A stretch of 63,815 bases of DNA, counting the filler, from Ionaspis alba (Eukaryota): NCBI GenBank assembly GCA_964255285.1. It is 17 parts of 17 records of this genome, joined end to end, with 100 filler letters (N's around TTAATTAATTAA, not from the genome) between each part and the next. Parts side by side here need not be neighbours in the genome. Positions count along the whole stretch, not along the records: positions 22,964 to 26,662 come from CAXUUL010001178.1; positions 26,763 to 30,433 come from CAXUUL010001179.1; positions 30,534 to 34,195 come from CAXUUL010001180.1; positions 34,296 to 37,950 come from CAXUUL010001181.1; 13 more parts are not named here. One strand, given 5' to 3'. A program made the translations under genes and the position numbers. Of the stretch, positions 24,281 to 36,013 are shown piece after piece. Within the stretch, counting starts at the first letter, position 1; every line of letters starts with the position of its first letter. A model generated the notes under the pieces. That model did no database searches, had not been told where the DNA came from, and saw only the letters and a list, made by a program, of their open reading frames with translations.

Positions 24281-26395
24281 CTACTCCGGTACCACAACCC
24301 CCACGCTTCTCCAGAAATCGCATCGCATCCCTCTCCCACCCTCAAAGGTATAAGCATCCACAAGATCAAACTTATTCCTGAGACCGGGCTCCTGGAACTC
24401 GGTGATATTTATCGTTGGACTAATACCGGGAGTCGAGAACGGCGTTCCGCCCGTCTCGTTGAGGTTAATCTGGAGCGGCTGCGCAACAGAAAATTGAGGC
24501 CAAGTGCTCGCGGGGTTAGGAGCGGAGGGGTTGGGGGAGGAGGCGCCATTAGCAATTTCAGGAGAGAGGGACGGGTTGTTGGAAATAATGAAGTTTCCCC
24601 AGAGAGCTATATGAAGGGGCAGATGATCAGAATGATGCTTAACCTATAGTGAGAGCAAAGACAATGATACGGAGAGTTGAGAACACTCAGTGGGTGGGAA
24701 AAAGACTTACTCATGAAAGCCTTTTCGAAGTCTGGACCGAAATTGGGGGTGGCCGGTCCAAAGTATCCGGCCACGTCTGCGCCATGCTGGGCGCCAATGA
24801 CAGAGTGCTGGTACTTGTAGGCCTCACGCCCCTTGCCGCTGAAGGCCTCTGCAACCCAGTAGGAGGGACAAACAAACGTCGTTTCAGCATAGACGTTCTA
24901 CTTACTATCAGCATGATTTGGAGGATGGTCTCAATCCATAAGCGTTTGCTTACATCAGCTCGTTGTTGCTGGCCAGTAGCAAAAGTACTCTCGTTCAGAG
25001 CTGTAGCTCCTGAAAGACCAGAAGTTGCAAACTCAGCAGCTGACTTATCTGTTGAGGCATTCGTGGATGGGTAGTAGAAAAGGACCTTGGAGAGGTCGGA
25101 CTCGGTAAATAGCGGGAATGTGCGGCGGAGGAACGCAACGAAGTCGTCTTCCGTGACAATATTTTGGGGCGTGAAGAGTGGCCCCTCGTTGGCATTATTC
25201 TACTAAAGTCAATAGCTTCTTTTTATGACGAGCTCTTCTGGAATAAGTACATACACCTGAGAGCATCCTAACACCATTGACCTGCTTCTTTAGTAGCTGC
25301 TGGCTCGGTAGCTGCTGGATGAAAGCACCATCTGTCACCGGGAGGAAAGCCCAAGTCCCGTAAGTTCCAGACGCCGAGATAACAGAACTAGCATTCTGCA
25401 GAATCATGGTGTCTTTGCCCACAAGGCATTGGAAGATTGTCCCGCTTGCGTTACCATAGGCTCGGTCGTCGAAGCAGCCCGCAGCTTGCGCGAAAGCATA
25501 ATAAGACTGAGAAGGAACAAAGTCCGCATAACCATACTGCATAGGTAGATAAGGGCTTGCTGCAATAGCCTGATTGATACTGTTAGCATTTCGGAATACT
25601 GAACAGGCTGCATGAACTTGCATTCTGAAAGAGCGAGTCTCCCAGATATCCCCCAAATGCCATAGTCTGGAGCATGACAGATCCTCCACCAGCACTTTCT
25701 CCACTGATAGTCACCCTGTTCGGATCACCACCGAAAAGGTGAATATAGCTCTGGACCCACTGCAGCGCGAAGGTCTGGTCGAGGATACCAGCATTGGGAG
25801 TTCCAAATCGGTGGATCTCATCCGAAGACATGAAGCCGAAAGCGCCCAACCTGTACTGGATGGCAACACCAATGAAACCGTTGTTGTTCGTATTGATGAT
25901 AGACGATAGATCTTCGTTGCCCGATCCTAGACCATAACCACCTCCATGAATCCAGACCAAAACAGGTAGTTTCTGAGCCTTCTGTGGTGCGTAGACGCTC
26001 AGGAACAGGCAATCTTCATCGCCGGTGAAGTTGAATCCAGGGAAGTACTGCGGAACGAAGCCACTCTGAGGGCATTTTGGAGGCAGCGCGTTGGCCATGA
26101 GCATTTGGCCTCTATTGGACTTCGGCGGATAGGGTGGCTGCCATCGTTTCGAGCCTGTAGGCGGGCCGGCATATCGGATGCCTTTGAATGTGTTCAACTT
26201 GGTTGAAGCATTGGCGACACCTTGGTAGGTCTCATATCCCAAGTCCACGACAAGAGGATCTGCGTTACTCGAGGTGTCCCGTTCTCTGAGTGCTGCCGCG
26301 AAGGGCTTGCTATTGAGGACAGGGCTGGCTGTTGTTACTGCTGCTAAGGCGGCAATGCCGACGACGATTTTCTGCAGAAATGTGGTGATAGCCAT
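24281..26395 (-). CDS. Secreted type-B carboxylesterase/lipase (alpha/beta hydrolase), multi-exon
   Basis: Signal peptide, EDCLFLSVY, VWIHGGGYG, nucleophile elbow GESAGG, NNANEG, and C-terminal FEGGRGMRCDFWRSVGVVVPE*. Introns at about 25620-25565, 25255-25195, 24955-24900 and 24710-24605. Confidence 0.9.
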
Positions 26396-27411
26396 GATGC
26401 TTCGATGCGATAGAGCTTGAGCAAAGGCCGATAAGCCAGTGGTGAATGGGTGGGTATAGCCATCGTGCTTTATAGCAGGAGCTTGCGAAGCTTGCCCAAT
26501 CTATTGGCCCGTTTCCTGCTGGTACCTTACCTAGAGCTCCACGGATGACGTCTGCGGAGGAGCTCGGAGGAGCTCTTCGCTGGAAGGATTTGGGTGCAGA
26601 AGACCACAATTCGAAATTTGGGGCGCAATAGAAGGATCGAACAAGCATTTGTCGATATAGAANNNNNNNNNNNNNNNNNNNNNNNNNNNNNNNNNNNNNN
26701 NNNNNNTTAATTAATTAANNNNNNNNNNNNNNNNNNNNNNNNNNNNNNNNNNNNNNNNNNNNGCTTCCAGATTGATACAATTAACCTTTCTTCATTACGC
26801 TTACATCGTCGAACAATGCTATTGCCATTAATCCGTATTTGATCAGGTCGATTTCCCTATGGTAATCCGGTGTCATTACCAATTCATTGTGATCGTACAT
26901 ATGGATATGAGGCCCTCCTCACGAGATCTGCGAAATCAACAGAGAGGGCTCTAAAGTCCTATCCCCAAGGTTCTCATGCTCTTTATGCTATTTTGCAGGC
27001 GTACATATGATTAGAGGGCCCTCCTCCTCAAGCGCTACTGGAAGAATCGGCAGTTCCAAATTTTTACGGTCTATATTTTCGTCACCACATGCTCGGCATG
27101 CAACTTACTGATTCATTGTGGTACGAGACCAGTTCAGTTTGGTTGCCGCCGAGACAGTGATGCTCTGAAAAGTATGCAGAGGGGACCTCCACGAACACAT
27201 CTTTCAAATTAATGTAAGCAATAACTGTCACCATGAGCACAAAAAATATAGGAGATGAGACAGGAGGACGAAGCCTTCTCTACTTGAAGACTACCTTCAA
27301 GAGACCTCCCATAACCATGAACTCAACTTCTCCTAAAACCCCCCCAAAAGCCCAGCCCTAATTATCCAAAGCACCCCCATCCATGCCTTCCTTACAGCAA
27401 CCCACCTCCCT

Positions 27412-28740
27412 CTACCCAAACCTTGCCCTCGCCAACTCCACCAACCCCTTCATAGTCTTCTCCTCCCTCTCCCTATAAGCCCTAACCCTCTCCTCCCTCT
27501 CCTCCGCCCTCGCCCTCAACACCTCCTCCCTCCTCACCTCCCTCTCATTCTTCTTCCTTTCCATCTCCCTCTTCTGCCTCTTGAATCCTTCAATCCCATC
27601 ATCCTCACCGCCCAGCAGCTCTGACTCGGGCACTTCAGCGGCGCCACCGGCTTCGGTTTTGGCTGCTGCGAAGGACCGATTTTGCTCGGCTTTCTCGCGC
27701 TTCTTTTCGAGTTGGCGTTCTTTCGTGCCGGGGGCGGCGCGGGGAACGAGCTCGTCGAGGCGGGCTAGTTCTTGTTTGCGGGTTAGAGCGCGCTCATGGC
27801 GGAGGGTTTCGCGGGTTGCGGTAGCGTCTTCGGCATTGAGTTCTGGTGGAGGGGATTTGTTAGTCGAGCCTGGTCTGTTCACTGGGAAAGAGGGCTTTGG
27901 GTTAGAATGCATTGGACATACCTCGTCGTAGTTCCAGATCTTGGAGACTGGGTATTGCGGGTCCTGATCTATGTCGTTTGTCTGTTCTCGGATTGGCGTT
28001 GGGTAGGGCAGGTCCGATATCATCATCGTCGCCACTGCTCTCAGCAGTATAGTCTTCGTCTTCGGGTCCCGGACCGTAATCTGGCGATCCTCGTCTTCTT
28101 CCAGGATTCCGAATATATGTTTTTGTTTCTTCTGCAGATCTGACGGCTTTCTGTAGGGTTGCTGGATCGTACCATCCTTCAGCTAGCTCTCCACGATTCC
28201 TCACAAATGTTAGTCTCACGTTCCTGGGTGCTTTGAATTTGGCCCCAGAAAGCAAGCAGGAACAACGCCTTCTGAGAAGGATAGGAAAAACGGAAGGTGA
28301 ATGGCGGACAGAAGCGAGCGGCCAGCTCCATGTTTTTACATAGTGAATTGAGAACAGTAGGTTAAAAAGAAGGGAAATACAAGTCAAGGATATCCATTGC
28401 CGCATAGCATATACTATGAAAACGTCAATAGGACTGAAAGTCATTCCTACCATTTCCCCACAAAACTCTTCCATCTCCCCCGCGCCTCCCCGTCCTCCAA
28501 ATCCTCCATCACAAGCTGTTTCTGCACATCCAAATACAATGCAAACATAGGTTTGTACACTGCAAAGTCCCGCTTACTCAACGGCACCGCATTCAGTGGT
28601 AAAGGTACAGCAGGAGTGGAGGCATGAAGTGGGGAACGAGCACGTGTGTGATGGTTGCGATGGTGCCTGTCAGAGTGGGGAGATCGGGAACGGTGGGTGC
28701 GGTGGGTGGAAGAGGCGTGATGTCTGGATCTACTGTCCAT
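27412..28740 (-). CDS. Conserved fungal nuclear protein, SCI1 (style cell-cycle inhibitor 1)-like family, 3 exons
   Basis: RS/H-rich N-terminus; PMFALYLDVQKQ...RGRWKSFVGKW|NRGELAEGWYDP; GPAIPSLQDLELRR; RLDELVPRAAPGTKERQLEKKRE; charged C-terminus ending ELARARFG*. A long intron spans about 28448-28200. Confidence 0.75.
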
Positions 28741-28969
28741 GGTGGAGGAGGCATTCGAAGTAGCTTTGGTGGTTTTGTTCTCAAGTACGATAGAAATGAA
28801 TATTCATATACCGAGGACGAAACTCTAGTGGCGGTTGCTTGGACACCACACCGCCAAGACCACGATATTCTAGCTTCCATTAATTACTTTCTGAACTGGC
28901 CGTACAAAACCACAGTCCTCAACGCCGTTTCATAAAACAGTCCCACGCCTCTCTCGTAAAGATCATACA

Positions 28970-29526
28970 CTAGCTTTGAAGCCCAGCCGCACGCTTTAAA
29001 CGCTCTCTTCTTTCCTGAGGATTTCCGTTTGTCGGTGTTTCGAAGGCTTCTAAAATTGCGTTGACAGTATCTGCTGAATAACATGTGAGATATAATTATA
29101 AGAAAGAGAAGGTGTGTTTACATGAAAGTCGAGAAATATCTCCTGGAGTAGTAAGAAAGTTTGATATCTCGACATTATTTTTATATGAACGGAGAGGGAC
29201 TAGGCTGTCGCGTTATCTGATAAATTGATTTTCAAGCTTTGCATCTGTGTTGAATCGACTATATAATTAATTGAAGAGTTCTGAAATGAATATAAATGTA
29301 ATACATACTCGGCGCGGGTACGTAGTTCTATTCGGTCGAAACGTTCGTTCATCTGTATACGCATTTCCCGAATTTCTCGGAATAACAGAGCGCCATCAGG
29401 CGTAAAAATAGCCGGATTATCAGCAAAAACTTGATTGTGGGCTGCCAAAACACGGTAGGCCTCGGCCGCAGCGACAAAATCGGGTGCGGGATTTTGCAAA
29501 GGTCGAGGAAGCTGGTAATCTGCCAT
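28970..29526 (-). pseudogene. Mutated Mug135-like (DUF1773-like) small protein gene, 3 exons
   Basis: Spliced translation MADYQLPRP...RFDRIELRTRAD|RFNTDAKLENQFIR*RDSLVPL...ISNFLTTPGDISRLS|DTVNAILEAFETPTNGNPQEKRERLKRAAGLQS*. In-frame TAA at 29213-29215. The region is locally AT/TpA-rich. Confidence 0.62.
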
Positions 29527-30035
29527 ATTGACTTGGGAGGAGTTTGTTGTAAGTTGGTTATGAGTTTTGGCAGGGCCTATTTTACCGCTAAGCTCTTTCA
29601 AGCAATTCACAGGTACTCGGTTTACAGTAGCCATTCATTGTTCGGCGGCGCTCATGGCTTAGGCACATGGATTTCATCCTTTTTAGTTCCTGGACTCTCA
29701 TGCGCACCGTTTGACTCGAAGCAAGCCAATCACAATCTTACATGATCACACCATACACAAACAAATCACCATCTTATAGAACCAATTATCACTCCCAAAA
29801 GCCCGAATCAGGTCCTCTTATTGTTACCAGCAGCTTAGTAATAGCTCAAGAAGAAGAGAAGAGTGATATATACATATAGCCCATCATCCCACCATCAGCC
29901 AATCCCAGCCAAAAATCCTCCGCTCCCGAAATCACCCAGATCCATCTAACCCCCCACAAAGATCCCATGTATTCTTTCTTCCGTCTCAAATCCCACTCCA
30001 AATCTAATTCCCATTCCCATCACTCAAGTTGCTGC

Positions 30036-30433
30036 TCAAAACCCACCCAACAACTCATCCAACTCCTCCATCCCCACACACTCCGGTCCCCTAGTCCACC
30101 CGTCTCCGAAACCCCCAAAACCAATCCCCGCCTCCCCAAGTATCGACCCACCACCGGCAGCAACATCAAGATCAATCTCCATCTCATCCTCGACACTCGA
30201 GATCTCAGTCGGCGAAACCATCTCCGCGACATTCGTATCCATCATCCCAACTTCAGTTTTCACCACCAAACCATCTCTCGCGACACCTTCCTCGGGATCC
30301 TGTACCTGCGCATCCCCGTGCTCAACACCACCACTGGGCAAATCCTCTCTACTCTTCTCCCCCTGCTCACCAAAAAGCGCCGCAACAACCTCCTCACTGT
30401 CCACCTTTCCCATCTTCCCCTCCCCCTTCCCAC
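30036..30433 (-). CDS. Acidic C-terminal fragment of an unidentified protein, 5'-truncated
   Basis: Frame open from the contig end to ...GPECVGMEELDELLGGF*, with G-rich 3'-type codon usage. No family assigned. Confidence 0.55.
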
Positions 30434-30942
30434 NNNNNNNNNNNNNNNNNNNNNNNNNNNNNNNNNNNNNNNNNNNNTTAATTAATTAANNNNNNNNNNN
30501 NNNNNNNNNNNNNNNNNNNNNNNNNNNNNNNNNAATATGCAAACCGCATTGACGAGAGCTTATAGTTATCTGCACGAGAGTATTCTCTTTGTGTCGGCGA
30601 AGAACCATAGACAAGAGTACGTCCAATATTCTTGAAGAGACATAAGGTAGAAAACCTAGCTGACTTCTTCTAGGATGATAGACGAGACTCGAAAGCTTGT
30701 AGAAATGTTTCCGGAAGGCGGTGATTCTGCTGAACCGTGATCGGTGTATGGAGAATCCTTTTCACACGAGCCTCTTGGGGATAGGCGATAGCGTCAAGTG
30801 ACCAGATCCAATGATCAACCAAGAAGATTGGCCAGTCCTTCAGTCTGGTGGTCAATAGAAGCCCGAGAGTTGAGGCTCATCTCCGCCTCGCAACTCTGCA
30901 ACGACCGCGGAGAGTAGCCATATGTAGACATCAACTTGAATT

Positions 30943-31512
30943 TCACAGGCTCTCCTTGAACCTTTTGACTGCAATCAATAATGATTCGGCTTTGGCAAGA
31001 ACAGTCCCGGTACTATCCATCATTGACGCATCAACATAATATTTCCGGCCCTTGACCTCTCTCAGCTTCGACACGACTTGAACATTCTGTGGCGTCGTTA
31101 CCGGCTTCAGGTAGGAGACATTTAGATAAGCCGTGACCGTAGCCATCCCGGTAGGAAACATCTTCAAGTACCAATTCACGACCATTAGTTCTCCGATGGC
31201 CTCATCCATCAGCGTTGCGACAATGCCTCCGTGGCACATGTGAGCGTGGCCATTGAGACCATCACCTATGCTGAACAGTGTTCGAAGCTCATCAACGTTC
31301 GAGACTCCGTGGGCAGGAGGTTTGTAGAGAGACAAGCATGCTTGAACTGTGCTATCGGTCTTGAGAGTCCTAGCAAAGAGGCCATCCTCCGTGCTTGCCT
31401 TGGCTTTGCGGGATGAGGTCGGGAAGATAGTGAAGTCAGAATTATTTAATAGCTTTGCACACCAGGGGATTGCCCGGAAGTATTTTTCTTCGATATCTAT
31501 CATCGCACTCAT
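30943..31512 (-). CDS. Hotdog-fold acyl-CoA thioesterase (PaaI/THEM4-like)
   Basis: FRAIPWCAKLL, GLNGHAHMCHGGIVATLMDE and TAYLNVSYLKPVTTP. Intronless; divergent from GAL10. Confidence 0.9.
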   Translation of the reverse strand: MSAMIDIEEKYFRAIPWCAKLLNNSDFTIFPTSSRKAKASTEDGLFARTLKTDSTVQACLSLYKPPAHGVSNVDELRTLFSIGDGLNGHAHMCHGGIVATLMDEAIGELMVVNWYLKMFPTGMATVTAYLNVSYLKPVTTPQNVQVVSKLREVKGRKYYVDASMMDSTGTVLAKAESLLIAVKRFKESL

Positions 31513-31879
31513 ACTTCGAATGAGATTTTTCAACGGAAAGTGGGAATGCTAAGATAGAGCCAACGATATGTTCGAAAGGCTACGGCGTGACCCCCGAGGG
31601 CAACTCTGTTCCCTGAGGTCGCCCGTTGCATCCGGGCGGCCCGAAGTAAATCCTCCCTGTCCCAACGGTTGAAGCCAATGAAACCCGCCACTTCCCCATG
31701 TTTCAACGGCCAACGGCCAGAATTACGTGCGCCTAAAACCTGTCGTCATCCGGCTTCTCAAATTGCATCTGAACAGCGTACACAAGTTCTTCTCTGCAAA
31801 GAGCTTGCACAGCGCTAAATCAAGCTTCTCCACCCCCAGATACCCTACATTAAAACCTCGAGAAAGCCTCTTCGCAACA

Positions 31880-33193
31880 ATGGTTGTTGGGTCTGTTCTC
31901 GTCACGGGGTAAGTGTCTCAAAAAGCCCGCGTTGCGTGCATTCCAGCCTTGCAGCAAGCTGACGTAGCATCGCAGCGGGACCGGCTACATAGGCTCGTTC
32001 ACTGCTCTTGCCCTTCTCGAAGCAGATTACAAGGTCGTTGTTGCAGATAATCTCTACAACTCTTCTGAAGAGGTCATCAATCGCATTGAGATCATCTGCG
32101 GCAAGCGGCCAGAGTTTTTCAAGTTCGATGTCACTGATGAAGCGGGGTTCGACAATGTCTTCAAGGCGCATCCTGATATCGACAGCGTTATTCATTTTGC
32201 AGCGCTAAAGGTACGATCACCATTGACCCAAGCAAGCATCTCAAAGAGGACATTCTCACAAATTCCCGGCAGGCTGTTGGTGAATCCTCCGAAAGACCCC
32301 TCGACTACTACCACACCAACGTCTACGGAACGATATGTCTGCTCCGCAGCATGGCCCGCCACAACGTAACAAACATCGTCTTTTCCTCATCCGCCACTGT
32401 CTACGGGGACGCGACCCGTGTGCCGAACATGATTCCTATTCCCGAAGAGTGTCCACTTGGACCCACAAACCCTTACGGTAACACGAAACTCGCGGTTGAG
32501 CTCTGCATCACAGACCAGATAAACGCCCAGCGTACCAAAGCCAAGAAAGCGGGAAAGAGCGAAGAAGCCGAGAAATGGAACGCGGCCCTGCTACGATACT
32601 TCAACCCAGCTGGCAGCCACCCCTCAGGCATCATGGGCGAGGATCCGCAAGGCGTGCCGTACAATTTGCTACCCTTACTCGCCCAAGTAGCAATAGGGAA
32701 GCGAAAGAAGCTTCTCGTCTTCGGCGACGGTATGCCCAACCCACATCTGCCACTCACGACCCTCATCTAACCTTCATTCAAAATCCTAGATTACAATTCC
32801 GAAGACGGCACCGCAATCCGCGACTATATCCACATCCTGGACCTCGCACGGGGTCATCTCCTCGCCCTCGAATACCTCCGAACCCATCACCCTGGTGTCC
32901 GCGCCTGGAATCTCGGTACCGGAAAAGGCAGTACCGTCTTCCACATGATCAAAGCCTTTGGGGCCGCGTGCGGGAAAGAGCTTCCGTACGAGGTGGTGGG
33001 GAGACGAGAGGGCGATGTGCTGGATTTGACGGCTAATCCGGCGCGTGCGGAGAAGGAGTTGGGCTGGAAGGCGGAGAGACCCCTGGAGGAGGCATGTGTG
33101 GATCTGTGGCGGTGGACGGAGGGCAATCCGCTGGGGTATAGGCAGCAGCCGCCGAAGGAGCTGTTGGAGAGGGCGAAGGCGTGGAAGGCGTGA
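31880..33193 (+). CDS. GAL10: UDP-glucose 4-epimerase, 4 exons
   Basis: SVLVTG|GTGYIGS, VIHFAALK|AVGES, FSSSATVYG, YGNTK, LRYFNPAG and RDYIHILDLA. Introns begin at 31909, 32211 and 32730. No mutarotase fusion. Confidence 0.96.
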
Positions 33194-33568
33194 GGGGGTT
33201 AAAGAAGTCGGAAAGGTGGATACGGATTGAAGTGAGAGGTAGACGGTATGATGATAGAGGTTGAGGTGAAAAAGTCGTGTACGAGCATTAGATCATGGTA
33301 GCCACGAGCAAGACGACAAGAAGAAACAAAAGCATTTGGTAGAGTAGAGCACTGGTGAACTCCTCCATTACAGGCATCATCCGTGGCAAATATTTCCCGC
33401 TCTTCTAATACAACTCCAGGAACAGACGTGCACAATCCAACGCCCGCTTTCCACTCTCATCCGACACAATCATCAAGAACCACTACCCAATCACTCCCTT
33501 CGCCATGCATCAAACATTCCACCGACCCAACATCACGTTCGCACGAAGCACCACTAGCCTCCCCCAAC

Positions 33569-34177
33569 TCAAGTCTGCACCTTATGATCCCCCCTAATAG
33601 CCTCCGCATAACTCGGCGGTACCCCACCGCCTTGACTCCCCTCCCCCTGTCCCGCACTCGGTCCCACGGTCCCATACCCCTGCTCCGCTCTTCCCTGCCC
33701 CTGTCCCGCACTCGGCCCCACAGTCCCATACCCCTGCTCCGCTCTCGTGCCCTGCGTCGGCTTCGGCGCCTGCGCCCTCTCATCCTGCGGTCTCAACCCT
33801 CCATCAACGGCCACGTAGTAATACGTGACATGGTGTTGGCTCTCGGCGTCCTGGGGAACGGCGGCGTAGGACTCGGGCTCGTCGGGGTATTTGATGATGA
33901 TGTACCAGGCGTGGAGCAGGCCGGGGATGTAGCCGAGCATGCAGAGGACGAGGTTCAGGAGGGAGTCGCAGCTGCAGAGGCCGCGTTTGATCCAGACTTT
34001 GGTGGGGTGTTAGTGGGGTGTGGAGTTGAGAGGAGAAGGTGGTGAGAAGGAAGGGAGGTAGATGTTGTGGAGAGTGTGCGCGGAGTGAGTAGATGGGGTT
34101 GTGGGAGAAGGCGTACCTGCGATGGGAGGGAAGAGCACGGCGAGTAGGCCAAGGAAGAAGTCGCCGCCTGAGGACAT
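33569..34177 (-). CDS. PMP3/RCI2 stress-response membrane proteolipid with extended C-terminal tail, 2 exons
   Basis: [54 protein letters not shown], then a PPSY motif and the terminal GDHKVQT*. Confidence 0.88.
33644..33745. repeat. 54-bp coding tandem duplication (2 copies)
   Basis: cccctgtcccgcactcgg[t/c]cccac[g/a]gtcccatacccctgctccgctct occurs at 33644 and 33698 and encodes [16 protein letters not shown] twice. Confidence 0.9.
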
Positions 34178-34295
34178 TGTGACCACTGCCTCTTGNNNNN
34201 NNNNNNNNNNNNNNNNNNNNNNNNNNNNNNNNNNNNNNNTTAATTAATTAANNNNNNNNNNNNNNNNNNNNNNNNNNNNNNNNNNNNNNNNNNNN

Positions 34296-36013
34296 GGTGG
34301 TGTAGGCTTGAGATTGCCACCAAAGATATCATTCGCAATACCCATACCCAGAGGAACGCCACCCATGGGAAAGAATTGACCGGGACGATCAGCGCGCGGG
34401 CCCATAGCTTTATAACGAATCGTAGCAGGATCCTTATAAGCAGTGGTTCCATTTGCATTGACGCGATAGAGCATGCTAGGGTCGGCGGAAGGAATAAGCA
34501 CGTCCTCCGCGGCAAAGGCGTCAAATCGCCAGTGCACACCGAGCCAGACCCGACTGACGGCATTCTCAAACATTGCAGCCCATATGCTAGGGAAATTACG
34601 CACGACGCGGGTGCGAACTGTGCCAGGCTGGTCTGTGATTGGTGCTGTGGGAATGTAGGGCTGGTGCAGATCTCGATTGACACCGTTCTCCTCGTCGGAT
34701 TCGAAGTTGAAATTGATATTGTCGGGCTCGTCAGGGGCGAAGTTGATGTTATCGCGCTTGCGGTAATACAGCCGTATCATCTGGAAGAAGGCACCACCGA
34801 ATGTGGCGTGGCCGGATGGATAGGCTGGGAAAGGCGGCTTGAACGAAATACGGTTCGAGTTCGTATCTGGTGCACCAAGTGATAACCAGAAGGGGTCCGC
34901 CAAGGGGCCTCCATCGTCACGAACTCCTGACAGCGGGCGCCAGAACTCAAAGTGCCATTTCTCTTGCCAGGCATAAATACCAGCGTCGGCCATGGCGGTA
35001 TTTGCAAGAGCGAAAAGCCGTGCAAAATCAGCGTTTGCCTTCTCCGGAGTTCGATCCTTAGGTTGATTGTCCCATGCTAGCTTGCGGAGGATCTGGTTGT
35101 ATAGACGTGGCGGTGTGCCAATCAGGTTTGACCCATCATAAGCCCAGAACAAGGCTCCAGCAGTCTGATCCGGAGTCCGTCGAGTGGAAGCGATTTGCGG
35201 AGCACCTCCCATACGGATTATGTCCATGACTGCATCATTATATTCGGCCTGGTTGTTCACACCGAATCCCTCGGGAGGATCCGCGATGATGTGCTCAGTG
35301 GCAGCGCTGTTTGGCTTGCCATCTACAGTCAACTGCACGGCCAGCCTCTTGGCAGTCATTCCGTAGAAAGGGGAGTTGTAGATGTGGACTGGTCGGAGCG
35401 GACCATCTGGCTTGTTGGGATCAACAGGCAACAAACGGACTGGGTTGGTCGGTTCATCATCGAAGCGGTATTTGCCGGGTCTGGGCCGATATGACCCTTG
35501 GCTGAAACCAGGCTCATTCGGTTTGATTGCTAGCAAGTTGAGCATGGCATTTCCAACATCGACGCCGAATCGGTAGCTTGCTGTGAGGACATTTAAGTCC
35601 GGGAAAGCATTGGTCAGCTGCATGAGGAGTTGCTTGAGCTGATCTGTAGAGTCGACTGCTATGGCAGGATCTGGTTGAGTGTAAAGCTTCTCCAGAACAG
35701 TGATGGAGGCACCTGCCACTGCATATCGTGCATTATCCGCCCCAAGCACTGAAGGGAGACGGTAAGTCGGGTCTAGGCTATCCTTGGTCAGATAAGTAGT
35801 GGCTGACCCTGTCGGATCAGGGAAAATGGCAAATTAAGCATCATTGATCGCCAGATGTAGAATCCCTAGAGCCCGTGCACTAGCTGGTGGTCCAGTTTGT
35901 GGTCCAGCTACCGAGTGAGTGAGCCGGTTGAGCTCGAGGGCAACATGGTTCCAGTACAGAATGTAATTAAGGTTATACTCCGGAGGCTCTCCGACAGGAG
36001 GTAGAACGACCAT
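34296..36013 (-). pseudogene. Vanadium-dependent chloroperoxidase, intronless, with one in-frame stop; 3'-truncated
   Basis: N-terminus LPPVGEPPEYNLNYILYWNHVALELNRLTH...GPPASARALGILHLAINDA resembles Curvularia inaequalis VCPO. Vanadate motifs [26 protein letters not shown] and [16 protein letters not shown] are present. TAA at 35834-35836 replaces the conserved Tyr and the same frame continues. Confidence 0.9.

Noticed and set aside
28200..28448. snoRNA in the long intron of the SCI1-like gene
   Set aside because: I found no convincing C/D box pair or hairpin-H-hairpin-ACA arrangement by eye.
35834..35836. Stop-codon reassignment or programmed readthrough explaining the in-frame stops
   Set aside because: TAA, TAG and TGA all end intact genes in this window, and the other disrupted genes also carry frameshifts or transition damage. 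Ordinary mutation or error is simpler.
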